A stretch of 64,000 nt of DNA from an uncultured Acidimicrobiia bacterium (GCA_963802415.1 CAWDIH010000002.1:792085-856084); one strand, 5' to 3'; positions 1 to 9,528 are shown, counted from the stretch's first letter. Made by a program: numbers and translations. The notes: a model not told the origin generated them from the sequence alone.

Positions 1-1
1 C

Positions 2-286
2 GAAGGACTTCCGGCCGGCGCCCTCGTCTTGATCAGCTATCCGCTCCACCCGCCGGGCAAGCCAGAGAACCTCCGCGTCGAGCACTTCCCGCAACTCGAT
101 GTTCCGTGCCTGTTCGTCAGCGGGACGAAGGATCCGTTCGGCGCACCTGATGAGCTCGAGCGTCACACCAAAGCGATCCCTGGTGACGTCACGCACATGT
201 GGATCGACGGTGGTGGGCACGACTTCAAACGGCACGACGACGAAGTCGCGAATGCGATCAAGGACTGGCTGACGTCCCTGCGCTGA
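2..286 (+). CDS. alpha/beta-fold hydrolase, C-terminal fragment (5' end outside window)
   Basis: Frame is open from the window edge to the stop at 284-286. The stretch ...CLFVSGTKDPFG...GGGHDF... resembles the C-terminal Asp/His region of dienelactone-hydrolase-like alpha/beta hydrolases. Confidence 0.55.
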   Translation, partial: EGLPAGALVLISYPLHPPGKPENLRVEHFPQLDVPCLFVSGTKDPFGAPDELERHTKAIPGDVTHMWIDGGGHDFKRHDDEVANAIKDWLTSLR

Positions 287-1760
287 TCGCGTCCTCCGGG
301 TTGAGATCTTCGAGTGACCGGTGCGCGGTCTCGGGAAACGCGACGAGCACGAGCACGGCGACGAGCAGTGACGCGATCGCGACGATGGCGATCGGGCCTG
401 CGAAGCTGCCCCATCGGTCGGCGAGCCGGCCGACGAAGATCAGTCCGACGGCGCTGCCGCACACGCCGATGAGCTCCAGGATGCCAGCAGCCTTGCCACG
501 GAGCCCGGTCGGAAACAGCTCGGGACGGTACACACCGAGCGCAGGAACGGTGAGCCCTCCGACGATGCCGCCGACGAGTGACCAGGCCCACATCGGCCAT
601 CCGGCAACGGCGAACATCAGGACAGTTGCGATGGTTCCACCGGCCAGACCGATGGCGCCGACGATGCGCCGGCCGCGCACGTCCGCCAGCCGTCCACCGG
701 CGACGATGCCGATGCCGGCGGGTGTGGTGGTGAGCAGCGTGAAGGCGGTGATACGAGCAGCAGAGAAGCCGCGGTCGCGTCGCAGGAAGTCGTTCTGGAA
801 CTGGAAGGCGGGCGCAGCGAACACTGCGACGAGGAAGCCTGCGCTCGCGAGGAGCCACAGCCGTCGGCGGTGGGTCGCCAGCGCGGGTTCGGTGTGCTGC
901 CGCTGGAACCGGCGGCTCTCCGGTAATCGGCGCCCGACGACCGCGACCAGCGCGAGACCGAGCAGCGCGATCGCGTAGATCCACCGCCAGCCTCGGGCGC
1001 CGGTGTCGGCCAGCGGCAGCACCCACACGCACACGCCGGCACCGAGTGCGCCAGTCATGACGATCAAGCTGTACGCATACGCGCGTGACCCTCGTGGGAC
1101 CTCCTCGGCCGACACGACCGCGATCAACACGCCCAGCGCACCAGCAGCCCCGACCGCCGCAAGCTGACTCACAGTGAGCATGGCGAGGTTCGGGGCCAGC
1201 GCGCCGAGTGACGCGAACACACACGCGCCGGCGGCGCACACGACGATCGGCCGACGACGACCGAGTCGGTCTGCGACGACGCCCGCCGCGAGCGCAACCA
1301 GTGCACCGCCCCGCACTGTGGCGAGCACTGTGCCCTGATCGCCGCGGGAGGCGCCGAACTCGCTGGCGACGTACGTGACTGTCTGTGTGAGCAATGTTCC
1401 GACGTAACCGTCGATCAAGGCGAGGAGGCACAACAGCCCGAGCACGGTGGAGGCGCGGGCGTCCAACGGATCGGGCGGGGCCCACCAAGGACGGTGGCCA
1501 CGACGCGACGGCGGACGGCGCAGCGCGGCACGGTACGGGCCCACGAACAGGAACCACCAGAACGGGATCGCCAGCCGAAACCGCGTCGTCTCCAGCACCG
1601 TGCCGTCGTCGAGGGGTTCGAGCCGTCGCTCGTAGAGGGTGAACGGTCCGCGCTCCGCAGCGAAGAGACCGTCACCCACAGGTCGCTCGATGACGACGTC
1701 AGTGCGGGGCACGCGGAGGTCGTCGAGCACATCGCCCTGGTGGGCGGACGTCACCAGCAC
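258..1760 (-). CDS. MFS transporter with ~90-aa non-membrane N-terminal extension
   Basis: The C-terminal ~500 aa of ORF 258..2195(-) is polytopic and hydrophobic, with MFS-like loop motifs (ADRLGRRRP, GGRLADVRGRR). The upstream part of the ORF is antisense to murA, so the start is set at in-frame GTG 1760; GTG 1754 is equally possible. Confidence 0.75.
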   Translation of the reverse strand: MLVTSAHQGDVLDDLRVPRTDVVIERPVGDGLFAAERGPFTLYERRLEPLDDGTVLETTRFRLAIPFWWFLFVGPYRAALRRPPSRRGHRPWWAPPDPLDARASTVLGLLCLLALIDGYVGTLLTQTVTYVASEFGASRGDQGTVLATVRGGALVALAAGVVADRLGRRRPIVVCAAGACVFASLGALAPNLAMLTVSQLAAVGAAGALGVLIAVVSAEEVPRGSRAYAYSLIVMTGALGAGVCVWVLPLADTGARGWRWIYAIALLGLALVAVVGRRLPESRRFQRQHTEPALATHRRRLWLLASAGFLVAVFAAPAFQFQNDFLRRDRGFSAARITAFTLLTTTPAGIGIVAGGRLADVRGRRIVGAIGLAGGTIATVLMFAVAGWPMWAWSLVGGIVGGLTVPALGVYRPELFPTGLRGKAAGILELIGVCGSAVGLIFVGRLADRWGSFAGPIAIVAIASLLVAVLVLVAFPETAHRSLEDLNPEDAISAGTSASP

Positions 1761-1808
1761 GGCGGATGGGGTGCGACGAATGCGACGGGCACGGCGCGAT
1801 AGTGGTGC

Positions 1809-3064
1809 ATGGAACCGATCGTGGTGCGCCGGTCCGGACCGTTGTCCGGCACGGTCACCGTCGGCGGCGCCAAGAACTCCGTCCTCAAGCTCATGGCCGC
1901 GACGGCGCTCGCGGAGGGTCGCTACGTGCTGGGCAACGTGCCCGCCATTGCCGATGTGGACTGGATGAGTGAGCTGCTCGCTTCGATGGGGATGGACGTG
2001 GTGCGGAGCGGGCCGCATGAGCTGACGATCGACCGGCCGGCCGAGATCGTGCCGGAGGCGCCGTACGAACTGGTCGAGCGCATGCGTGCGTCGATCGTGG
2101 TGCTCGGGCCACTCCTTGCTCGGGTCGGTCGCGGCGCGTGTTGCGATGCCCGGGGGCGACGACTTCGGACCACGTCCGATCGACATGCACCTCAAGGGCC
2201 TCGAGCAGCTCGGTGCGACGTTCGAATTTGCTCACGGTTACATCGAGGCGCGTGCCGACTTTCTCAAGGGCGCCCACATCCTGCTCGAGTATCCGAGCGT
2301 CGGCGCGACGGAGAACGCACTGATGGCGTCAGTTCTTGCGAAGGGAACGACGGTCATCGACAATGCCGCGCCGCGAACCGGAGATTGCTGACCTCGCTGC
2401 GTTCATGAACCGAATGGGGGCTCGCGTGTACGGCGCCGGTTCCTCGATGATCACCGTCGAAGGGGTCGAGTCGCTGAACGCGGTCGACCATGTGGTCATC
2501 CCCGATCGCATCGAAGCCGCCACCTTCCTCGCCGCAGTCGGTGTCGCCGGGGGCGAGATCTCCATCGATGGCGCACGGGCCGACCACATGGACATGCTCA
2601 TCGACAAGCTCGGCGAGATGGGCATGCGCATCTCGCCGACCGCCAGCGGGCTTTGGGCCATGGCGCCACACCGTCTGCACTCCACGGATGTGGCGACGCT
2701 TCCGTATCCGGGGATCGCGACCGATTACAAACCGCTGTTCGTCGTCCTGCTGGCGCTCGCAGACGGTGTCGGCATCGTGACCGAGAACATCTTCAGCGGA
2801 CGATTCCGTTATGTCGACGAGCTGGTGCGCATGGGAGCCGACGTCCGCACAGACGCGCACCATGTGGTCGTCCGGGGCGTCGAGCAGCTGTCCGGCGCAC
2901 CCGTGCGGGCGCCGGACATTCGTGCCGGCGCCGCCCTGGTCCTCGCCGGATTGCGCGCCGAGGGCGAGACGGTCGTGCACGGCGCCGAACACGTCGACCG
3001 GGGCTACGAGGGTTTCGTGGCCAAGCTCGCATCGCTGGGCGCCGACGTCAGGCGTCGCCGGTAA
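1809..3064 (+). pseudogene. murA: UDP-N-acetylglucosamine 1-carboxyvinyltransferase MurA, frame broken by two +1 shifts (~2130 and ~2370)
   Basis: Colinear MurA sequence runs through three frames. 1809-~2130: GGAKNSVLKLMAA...[10 protein letters not shown]. ~2130-~2370: [28 protein letters not shown]...TTVIDNAA. ~2370-3064: [13 protein letters not shown]...DRGYEGFVAKLASLGADV. Confidence 0.9.
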
Positions 3065-3070
3065 CGAAGG

Positions 3071-3152
3071 AGAGGCCGACCGCGCGAGCGCCAGCGAGCC
3101 GGGCGGCGATGGGGCAGGCGCCGAAGGCGCCGAGGGGGCGCAGCCCCAGCTA
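3071..3152 (+). repeat. Interspersed GC-rich repeat, family R1, copy a (82 bp)
   Basis: By manual alignment it differs from 9549..9631 by 3 substitutions and one 1-nt indel. It contains the hairpins ggcgcc-gaa-ggcgcc and ggggc-gca-gcccc. It fills the convergent intergenic gap after the murA stop. Confidence 0.8.
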
Positions 3153-3153
3153 C

Positions 3154-3327
3154 TTAGTCCCCTTCGTCCGGGCGGCCTTCGCGCGCTTGGTCAGGACGGT
3201 CCGGATCCTCGGTGTCGAGCTTGGCCTGGGCCTTCTTGTTCGCGATGTACAGCAGAAAGGCGAACAGTCCGATGGGGATGGCGACGAACAGCACCTCGTC
3301 CCAACCACCCTGATGCGCGAAGACCAT
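3154..3327 (-). CDS. small single-TM protein (57 aa), hypothetical
   Basis: ORF below the 60-aa cutoff of the supplied track: MVFAHQGGWDEVLFVAIPIGLFAFLLYIANKKAQAKLDTEDPDRPDQAREGRPDEGD. One hydrophobic helix plus a charged tail. The ATG lies 6 nt after the upstream gene stop, with gggag about 12 nt upstream. Confidence 0.35.
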   Translation of the reverse strand: MVFAHQGGWDEVLFVAIPIGLFAFLLYIANKKAQAKLDTEDPDRPDQAREGRPDEGD

Positions 3328-3333
3328 TGGTTG

Positions 3334-4626
3334 TCAGACTCCCAGGAGCAGCCAGATCGCGGCAACTGCAGACCCGATCAAGAACACAACGAACGGGTAC
3401 GTGGCCCGGACCGCCGTTCGACCACGGTAGTGCGCGAAGGAAATGTCGTGAGCAATGACCGCCCCCCAGATGCACGCGCCGCCCAACACGACTGACTGGA
3501 GCACGCCGGTCTGGGTCGGCGTCAGCACCTGCTGGTTCACGGCGTAGTCGATCGTGCCGAACATGTCCCAGCCCTTGCCGAGCGGGTCGGACAGCAGCGC
3601 ATAGAAGTTCTGCACGTCGACGAGGAACGCGGACACATAGTGCGCCACGGACCAACCGAGGCCCACGGGCAGCAACACGGGCGCGAAGAGCCTGGCCGTG
3701 TCCGCTGGAGATCGGTCGGCGACGGCCGCAACGACCCGCGTTGCCGCGAGGTAGGCAACGGCGACGATGGCGATCGACCACGCGAGTCCGACCGTGTTGA
3801 TCGCACGTTCGGTCCACCCTCGGCTCGTGCCCAATACGTCGATCCACCAGTTGGTCTGGCTGATGCCGTCGAACAACGTTCCGCCGAGGTAGACGAGAAG
3901 CAACGCCGCGAGCCCGGGACCGGCGCCCGGCTCGCGCGTTCGACCGAGCTGCGCTATCGCACCGAACAGCGCACCGAACCCTTCGCCGCGCCGGACCCAC
4001 GATCGGCCCCAATACGCGGCGCCCGCGAGCACCGCGGCGGTGTAGAGCGCGAGGAAGGCGGCGACTTCTTGAGGGGTCGGGGGATAGAACTCCGGGTAGG
4101 CGAAGACGAACCAGATGAACGACAGGAGCAACGCCGCTGCCGTCCACACAGGTGCCTCGACGTCGACTTCACTGTCGCGGTCGCGCCGGAAGACCAACCC
4201 GGCCAGCGTGTCGAACGGATTGAACCACCAGAAGACGTCGCCGAGCAGCAGGGACACCACCTGCGTCCCGAGGAAGAACAGGACGATGACCGTGACCGGG
4301 GCGATGTTGGCGCCACTGTCGTCGACGCCGAACGCCGCCGCGACGAATGTCCCCAGCAACAGCAGCAACCCCACGACCCGCGCCACCGTTTGTGCGGTTC
4401 GAACCGACCGATTCGGTTGGTTGTCACCGGCAGAACGGGTGGCGGAGCCGTGGTTCAGCGCCGTGTCCCGGGTCTGCGCGCCCGGGCCCGGCGAGCGCTT
4501 TGGTGTTCGAACGAACCGGAGGACGATGAATGACAGGACGACGGCGAACCCGATGGCGTAGGCGAGCAGCCACCGGGGGATGGGCAGGCCCTTCGTGCCT
4601 CCGAAGCCATGGGCGTAGATCGCCAT
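3334..4626 (-). CDS. polytopic integral membrane protein, function unknown
   Basis: Internal ATG at 4626 (MAIYAHGFGGTKGLPIPRWLLAYAIGFAVVL...) followed by many hydrophobic segments. The longer ORF to 4983 is antisense to the Nfu gene. Confidence 0.7.
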   Translation of the reverse strand: MAIYAHGFGGTKGLPIPRWLLAYAIGFAVVLSFIVLRFVRTPKRSPGPGAQTRDTALNHGSATRSAGDNQPNRSVRTAQTVARVVGLLLLLGTFVAAAFGVDDSGANIAPVTVIVLFFLGTQVVSLLLGDVFWWFNPFDTLAGLVFRRDRDSEVDVEAPVWTAAALLLSFIWFVFAYPEFYPPTPQEVAAFLALYTAAVLAGAAYWGRSWVRRGEGFGALFGAIAQLGRTREPGAGPGLAALLLVYLGGTLFDGISQTNWWIDVLGTSRGWTERAINTVGLAWSIAIVAVAYLAATRVVAAVADRSPADTARLFAPVLLPVGLGWSVAHYVSAFLVDVQNFYALLSDPLGKGWDMFGTIDYAVNQQVLTPTQTGVLQSVVLGGACIWGAVIAHDISFAHYRGRTAVRATYPFVVFLIGSAVAAIWLLLGV

Positions 4627-4698
4627 CACGAGGGAACAAGTCGTAGCAGTCCTGGCGTTGGTTTCCTGCGTCAGCAGCTGCGATGCGAGGATGGGCCC

Positions 4699-4959
4699 GT
4701 GCAAGAGAAGGTCGAGCAGACGATCAAGGCGATCCGGCCGGCGATCCAAGCCGACGGTGGCGACATCGAGCTGCGCGACGTCGACGAGTCGACGGGCGTC
4801 GTGACCGTCGAGCTGATCGGCGCTTGTGTGAGCTGCCCGGCCTCGACCGTGACCCTCAAAGCCGGTATCGAGCGGATCCTCAAGGACCGGGTCGAGGGCG
4901 TGACAGAGGTGGTCAACCTCGGCGAGGAGCAGTTCGAGGGCACCCCGCTGGCGCTGTAG
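4699..4959 (+). CDS. NifU/Nfu-like Fe-S cluster assembly domain protein
   Basis: VQEKVEQTIKAIRPAIQADGGDIELRDVDESTGVVTVELIGACVSCPASTVTLKAGIERILK contains the CxxC NifU C-terminal-domain motif. GTG start chosen because gagga lies ~8 nt upstream. Confidence 0.7.
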   Translation: MQEKVEQTIKAIRPAIQADGGDIELRDVDESTGVVTVELIGACVSCPASTVTLKAGIERILKDRVEGVTEVVNLGEEQFEGTPLAL

Positions 4960-4970
4960 GTTCGCTCCCT

Positions 4971-5940
4971 CTGTCGCGGCCAACAGATCTTTCCGTCGTC
5001 GAGCTCTTCGAGTCGGCCCGCACCGGATCTCGTGCCGCGCTCGCCAGGTTGCTCTCCCTCGTCGAGCGCGGCGGTACGTCGGCCCGCGACGTCGGCCGTC
5101 TGACGTTCCCGCTCGGCGGCGGGGCCTACACCGTTGGACTGACTGGCGCTCCGGGTGCCGGCAAGTCCACGCTCACCACGCGCATCGTCGCTGTTCGGCG
5201 CGCCACCGGCGACGACATCGCCGTCCTCGCGGTCGACCCGACTTCGCCGTTCACGGGGGGCGCGATCCTCGGTGACCGTGTGCGGATGCAGGATCACGCA
5301 CTCGACCCGGGCGTGTACATCCGGTCCATGGCGACACGTGGTCATCTCGGCGGCCTCGCGCTGGCGACGCCCGAAGCCGTCCGGGTGCTGGATGCGGTCG
5401 GTTTCCGCTGGGTCCTCATCGAGACCGTGGGGGTCGGGCAGGTCGAAGTCGAGGTGGCCGGGGCCGCGGACACGACTGTCGTGGTCGTGAACCCGGGGTG
5501 GGGCGACGCCGTACAGGCGGCAAAGGCCGGCCTGTTGGAGATCGCAGACGTGTTCGTCGTCAACAAGGCCGACCGACCGGGAGCGGAAGACGCACGTCGT
5601 GACCTCGAGTACATGCTCGACCTCGCTTCCTTGCCGGATGGGGCGTGGCGGCCACCAACGGTGCTCGCCATCGCATCGAGCGACGAGGGGACCGAAGACG
5701 TCGTGCAGGTGATCGATGCCCACCGCGGCTGGCTCTGCACGGGGGGACGTCTGGAGAAGAAGCGCCGCGTTGCGGGTTCGCGACGAACTCTTGGCGATCG
5801 TCGGCGAACGAGTCGTCGAGCAGGTGCGCGAGCTGCGCGATGGCAAGGACTTCGCCCGGATGTGCGCCGCGGTCGAAGCCCGCGACCTCGATCCGTGGAC
5901 TGCCGCCGATGAGCTACTGGCTAGGGTCCCGCGTTCATGA
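4971..5940 (+). pseudogene. meaB: MeaB/ArgK-type G3E GTPase (methylmalonyl-CoA mutase chaperone family), one frameshift ~5770; no canonical start found
   Basis: Walker A GLTGAPGAGKST, VDPTSPFTGGAILGDR and VVNKAD motifs. The C-terminal helix (LRVRDELLAIVGERVVEQVRELRDG...) continues in the frame of ORF 5716..5940. Only CTG 4971 is available upstream of the conserved N-terminus. Confidence 0.8.
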
Positions 5941-6710
5941 GCGAGTTTGTGCACGTCGAGCGTCGCGACGACGGCGTCGCGATCGTTCGCCTCGACAATC
6001 CGAAGGTCAACGCACTGTCGAGCGAGGTGCTTTCGCAACTCGAGGCCGCCGCACGAGCGTTGACCGACGATCCTCCTGGAGCAGTCGTCGTGACCGGCGG
6101 CGACAGGGTGTTCGCCGCGGGCGCGGACATCAGCGAGTTCGGCGGACCGGCGGACGCCGAGCGGATCGGTGGACTGTTCCTGAGCTCGCTGACTGCGGTC
6201 GCGCGCATCCCGCGCGCCACGATCGCAGCAGTGAGCGGTTACGCGTTGGGCGGTGGTTGTGAGCTTGCGCTCGCCTGCGATTTTCGCATCGTCTCGACCC
6301 GCGCGCGGTTCGGCCAGCCCGAGATCCTCCTCGGCATCATTCCGGGTGGGGGAGGCACGCAGCGGCTTCCTCGCCTGGTCGGCGTCGCGCGCGCGAAGGA
6401 GATCATTCTCACAGGGCGTCAGGTCGACGCCGAAGAGGCGCTCCGCCTCGGACTCGTCGACGAAGTGGTCGAGCCAGAAGCGCTGTTCGACCGCGCCGTT
6501 GCACGGGCCTCCGAGCTCGCCGCAGGAGCGGTCGTCGCGCAAGCCTCGGCGAAGCAGGCGATCGACGCCGGCCTCGACGGTCCGTTGGCGACCGGTCTGG
6601 ATCTCGAGCAACGGCTGTTCGCCGAAGTGTTCGACACCGAGGACGCTCGCACAGGCGTCGCGTCCTTCCTCGAACACGGGCCTGGGAAAGCCGCGTTCAA
6701 GGGTCGCTGA
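5937..6710 (+). CDS. enoyl-CoA hydratase/isomerase (crotonase family)
   Basis: Intact 257 aa. VVVTGGDRVFAAGADISEF...GYALGGGCELALACDFRI is a typical crotonase oxyanion-hole region. ATGA overlap with the meaB stop. Confidence 0.85.
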   Translation: MSEFVHVERRDDGVAIVRLDNPKVNALSSEVLSQLEAAARALTDDPPGAVVVTGGDRVFAAGADISEFGGPADAERIGGLFLSSLTAVARIPRATIAAVSGYALGGGCELALACDFRIVSTRARFGQPEILLGIIPGGGGTQRLPRLVGVARAKEIILTGRQVDAEEALRLGLVDEVVEPEALFDRAVARASELAAGAVVAQASAKQAIDAGLDGPLATGLDLEQRLFAEVFDTEDARTGVASFLEHGPGKAAFKGR

Positions 6711-7073
6711 CCGCCCGCCAGGCGCGAAACCTCCGACGAGATCGGTGGCGTTCATCAGGCCGAGCCGGCGCAGCGACTGCGCTGCGAGGCTCGACGCGTA
6801 GCCCTCGTTGCACACGACGACGATCCGCCGGTCGGCTGACGCGACGCCGAGCCTGTGTGTGCTCGTGGGATCGAGGCGCCACTCGAGGTGGATGCGTTCG
6901 ATCACGAGGGCGCCGGGCATCGGTCCCTCCGCGGCCCGGTTCTCGGAGGGACGGATGTCGACGACGATCGCACCGGCTCTGATCTCGTCGGCCAAGTCCT
7001 GCGGCTCGACACGGTCGAGCTCCGCCCTCGCGTCGGCGAGCAATCGATCGACGCGGCTTTCGCTCATGCTCAT
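6697..7073 (-). pseudogene. rhodanese-domain sulfurtransferase, one frameshift ~6735 near the 3' end
   Basis: MSMSESRVDRLLADA...IVVDIRPSENR...VVVCNEGYASSLAAQSLRRLG...DLVGG, then the expected FRAWRAVSDP* is in the adjacent frame (end of ORF 6697..7245). Confidence 0.7.
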
Positions 7074-7480
7074 GACCAGGGCGCGCCGCGGCCGAGGAAC
7101 AAGGTTGAGTCGTCGACGAAGCAGAGCTTGTTGTCGTCGAGATCGCGGCAATAGAAGGCGCGTTCGCCCCAAGGCCAGGTCTCGATCGGTGAGGTGATCT
7201 GTGCCCCTGCTTTGACGGCCCGGTCGTAGACCGCGTCGAGCTCATTCGTCGCGAAGTAGAGATCGTCAGGCGTGGGATGAAAGGTCGCGTCTCGCGCCTC
7301 GATCGTCCAGTCGATGAGCGCCGCGATGACGTCGCCGCAGTGAAAGTACAGCCGGGACGGAACAGTGTCGTCCGCGGTCATGTTCAACACATGTTCGTAG
7401 AACGCCCGTGCCTCGCTGTGTCGCATCGACGGGATGGCGACTCGGAAGATCCGCACGATCCGAAACGTAGTGGTTCCCAT
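7070..7480 (-). CDS. VOC/glyoxalase-bleomycin-resistance family protein
   Basis: MGTTTFRIVRIFRVAIPSMRHSEARAFYEHVL...WPWGERAFYCRDLDDNKLCF is VOC-fold like. Its stop overlaps the rhodanese ATG (ATGA). Confidence 0.65.
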   Translation of the reverse strand: MGTTTFRIVRIFRVAIPSMRHSEARAFYEHVLNMTADDTVPSRLYFHCGDVIAALIDWTIEARDATFHPTPDDLYFATNELDAVYDRAVKAGAQITSPIETWPWGERAFYCRDLDDNKLCFVDDSTLFLGRGAPWS

Positions 7481-7511
7481 CACCGACGGGGCCAGTGGAC
7501 GCAACTCCGAC

Positions 7512-8063
7512 TCAGGACGGCCGCACAGCAGCTTCATCGCGTCGCTGCAGTATCTCGTCCACCGTCTGTTCGGGTGAGAGCTCGGAGGTGTCGAGCCACA
7601 GACCGGTGTGCGCAGTCTCGGTCTCGAGCGCATCACACAACGCCTCCACCGTCCACGAGCCGTAGCCGGTCTTCGGACGCGCTCGCTCGCGTTCGGCAAT
7701 CACCGACGGGCGTGCGATGAGCACGACCGCGTAGAGAGGGCGGGCGGCGATCATCGAGAGGAAGGCGGAGAACGCGTCACCGATGAGAATGTCCTGCACG
7801 ACGACGTCGAAGCCGGCACTCCAGTAATCGTCCGCCGTCCGCGCGGCGATGCGCCGGCGCAGCTCCAGTTGCTCAACCGCGTGGTCGGGCAGGTCAGGAG
7901 TGATCTCCACGCGGCCCGACACGATCATCTTGCGGAAGACATCGCCGCGCACGTGCACGCCGCGCTCGAAGCGCCGCGCCAGGAGTTCGGCCACTGTCGA
8001 CTTTCCCGATGCCATCACGCCGGTGATCACGAACACCGAACCGGGCGATGCGGCGCGATCCAC
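7512..8063 (-). CDS. P-loop NTPase/kinase family protein
   Basis: Intact 183 aa with Walker A GVMASGKST near the N-terminus. Size and layout resemble small-molecule kinases (gluconokinase/chloramphenicol-phosphotransferase-like). Confidence 0.65.
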   Translation of the reverse strand: MDRAASPGSVFVITGVMASGKSTVAELLARRFERGVHVRGDVFRKMIVSGRVEITPDLPDHAVEQLELRRRIAARTADDYWSAGFDVVVQDILIGDAFSAFLSMIAARPLYAVVLIARPSVIAERERARPKTGYGSWTVEALCDALETETAHTGLWLDTSELSPEQTVDEILQRRDEAAVRPS

Positions 8064-8174
8064 GTCGTGCCGTCAAGCGCGACGCCGGAGCATGCACATC
8101 GTCCGCGAACTTACCGGTCCAGTACCGTCGCTGGCTGCTCCACGAGCTGTGCCGCTGCTGGAAGGAGGCGCCTG

Positions 8175-8693
8175 ATGGTCGAAGATCTGTCCGATCCCCG
8201 GCGAAGTGAGCCGCCGTTCGTCCTGTCCGAGCGAGACATGCTCGAGCAGTGGTTGGAGTTCCACCGAACCACGCTGTTGCTCAAGTGTGAGGGGCTCGAC
8301 GACCGCTTCCGAAAGGAGCAACCCATCGCGACTTCGAAGCTGTCGCTGCATGGTCTGGTCCGGCACATGACGGAGGTGGAGCGGACCTGGTTCAGGCGGG
8401 TCCTGCTGCGAGATCGAGACGCGCCGATGATCTGGTCCGACCCGAAAGTCGACGACAGCGAGATGGTGCCACTCGACGACGCAGTGTGGGAGCAGGATCT
8501 TGCGACGTGGCTGCGAGAGTGCGACGACAGCCGTGCTGCCGCGGCGGCGCACGCCCTTGACGATGTCGGACTGCGGCGCGGTCAACCGTGCTCGCTTCGA
8601 TGGATCTACGTGCACATGATCGAGGAGTACGCCCGTCACAATGGCCACGCTGATCTCATTCGTGAGCTCGCCGACGGCGCGGTCGGCTGGTGA
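8175..8693 (+). CDS. DinB-family (DUF664/mycothiol-transferase-like) protein
   Basis: ATG at 8175 preceded by ggaaggagg. ...LEFHRTTLLLKCEGL...LHGLVRHMTEVERTWF...MIEEYARHNGHADLIREL is a typical DinB_2/DUF664 His triad context. Confidence 0.75.
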   Translation: MVEDLSDPRRSEPPFVLSERDMLEQWLEFHRTTLLLKCEGLDDRFRKEQPIATSKLSLHGLVRHMTEVERTWFRRVLLRDRDAPMIWSDPKVDDSEMVPLDDAVWEQDLATWLRECDDSRAAAAAHALDDVGLRRGQPCSLRWIYVHMIEEYARHNGHADLIRELADGAVGW

Positions 8694-8802
8694 CGCGCAC
8701 CTCGCTCCTGTCCTGGACGGTGGTGTCGAGTGGGCGATGGAGGGTGGTAGACGTGGTCGACGTGGTCGACCGGTCCCGTGAGTCCGGTTAGCTTTCCCGC
8801 CC

Positions 8803-9528
8803 GTGGAAAAGCTCTGTTACGCACTCTGGCGGGGGTCCGACCAGGAGCTCGAGCCGATCGAGCGGACGTTGGTGGAAGAAGTCGGGCCGGCGTTGCTCGA
8901 CACGAAGGCGCACGGCGTGCGCGTGCTCGTCGAGGAACCCAAAGGAGCGGTCCTGCGCGTTGGTGCGCAGCCTGACTCCGGCAACTTGTTGTGCGGTTCG
9001 GTCTCCGTCTGGCTCGACTCGCTCGACGACCGTGGCGATGTGGAGGCGATCATCACGGGCTCGCCCGCGGCGGAGGTGCATGGCTGGCTGGTGACCGAGT
9101 CGATCCCGCTCGCGTACGGCGAGCACCGGACGTGGCCCGACGGCGAACGCAGCGCCGGCATCAGCATCACGACGGTCTTCGACAAGAAGCGGGGCCTCGC
9201 CGACGATGACTTCTTCCGCATCTGGCACGGCGAGCACACGCCGCTGAGCTTCGTCATTCATCCCCTGTGGCTGTACGTCCGCAATGCGGTCGTGCGTCCC
9301 GTGACCGATCCGGCGCACGCGCCCGCCATCCGCTCATACGTCTACGAGGCGACACCGACGTTCGACGACATGCTCGACTTCCATCGCTTCTTCGGCTCCG
9401 GAGGCGACAACGGCAAGCTGAAGGACAACATCGACCGCGTGAACAACCACATGGCCACGTTCGCGGAGACGTCGACGCTGCAGTGCACGCCGATGGCGGA
9501 ATACATCTTCAAGACGTTCTCGACGTAG
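8803..9528 (+). CDS. hypothetical protein (possibly EthD-like, two repeats)
   Basis: Intact 241-aa ORF with gene-like composition. No motif I can assign with confidence. Confidence 0.55.
   Translation: MEKLCYALWRGSDQELEPIERTLVEEVGPALLDTKAHGVRVLVEEPKGAVLRVGAQPDSGNLLCGSVSVWLDSLDDRGDVEAIITGSPAAEVHGWLVTESIPLAYGEHRTWPDGERSAGISITTVFDKKRGLADDDFFRIWHGEHTPLSFVIHPLWLYVRNAVVRPVTDPAHAPAIRSYVYEATPTFDDMLDFHRFFGSGGDNGKLKDNIDRVNNHMATFAETSTLQCTPMAEYIFKTFST

Noticed and set aside
4671-7172. 833-aa ORF on the minus strand, plus similar long ORFs at 163..1557(-), 15727..17112(-), 22310..23845(-), 39781..40300(+) and 58602..60836(+).
   Set aside because: They are antisense or out-of-frame shadows of well-supported genes (meaB/crotonase, MFS, glgE, GH57, fadD/serC). 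They have Arg/Pro/Gly/Ala-dominated composition and no recognisable domains, which is typical of stop-poor alternative frames in high-GC DNA. Only the N-terminal about 125 aa of 4671..7172 (rhodanese) is real.
8750-8770. Direct 9-bp tandem gacgtggtc gacgtggtc gac upstream of the 8803..9528 gene; a possible regulator site.
   Set aside because: It is a single short occurrence in GC-rich DNA with no second copy or palindromic partner in the window, so I cannot distinguish it from chance.
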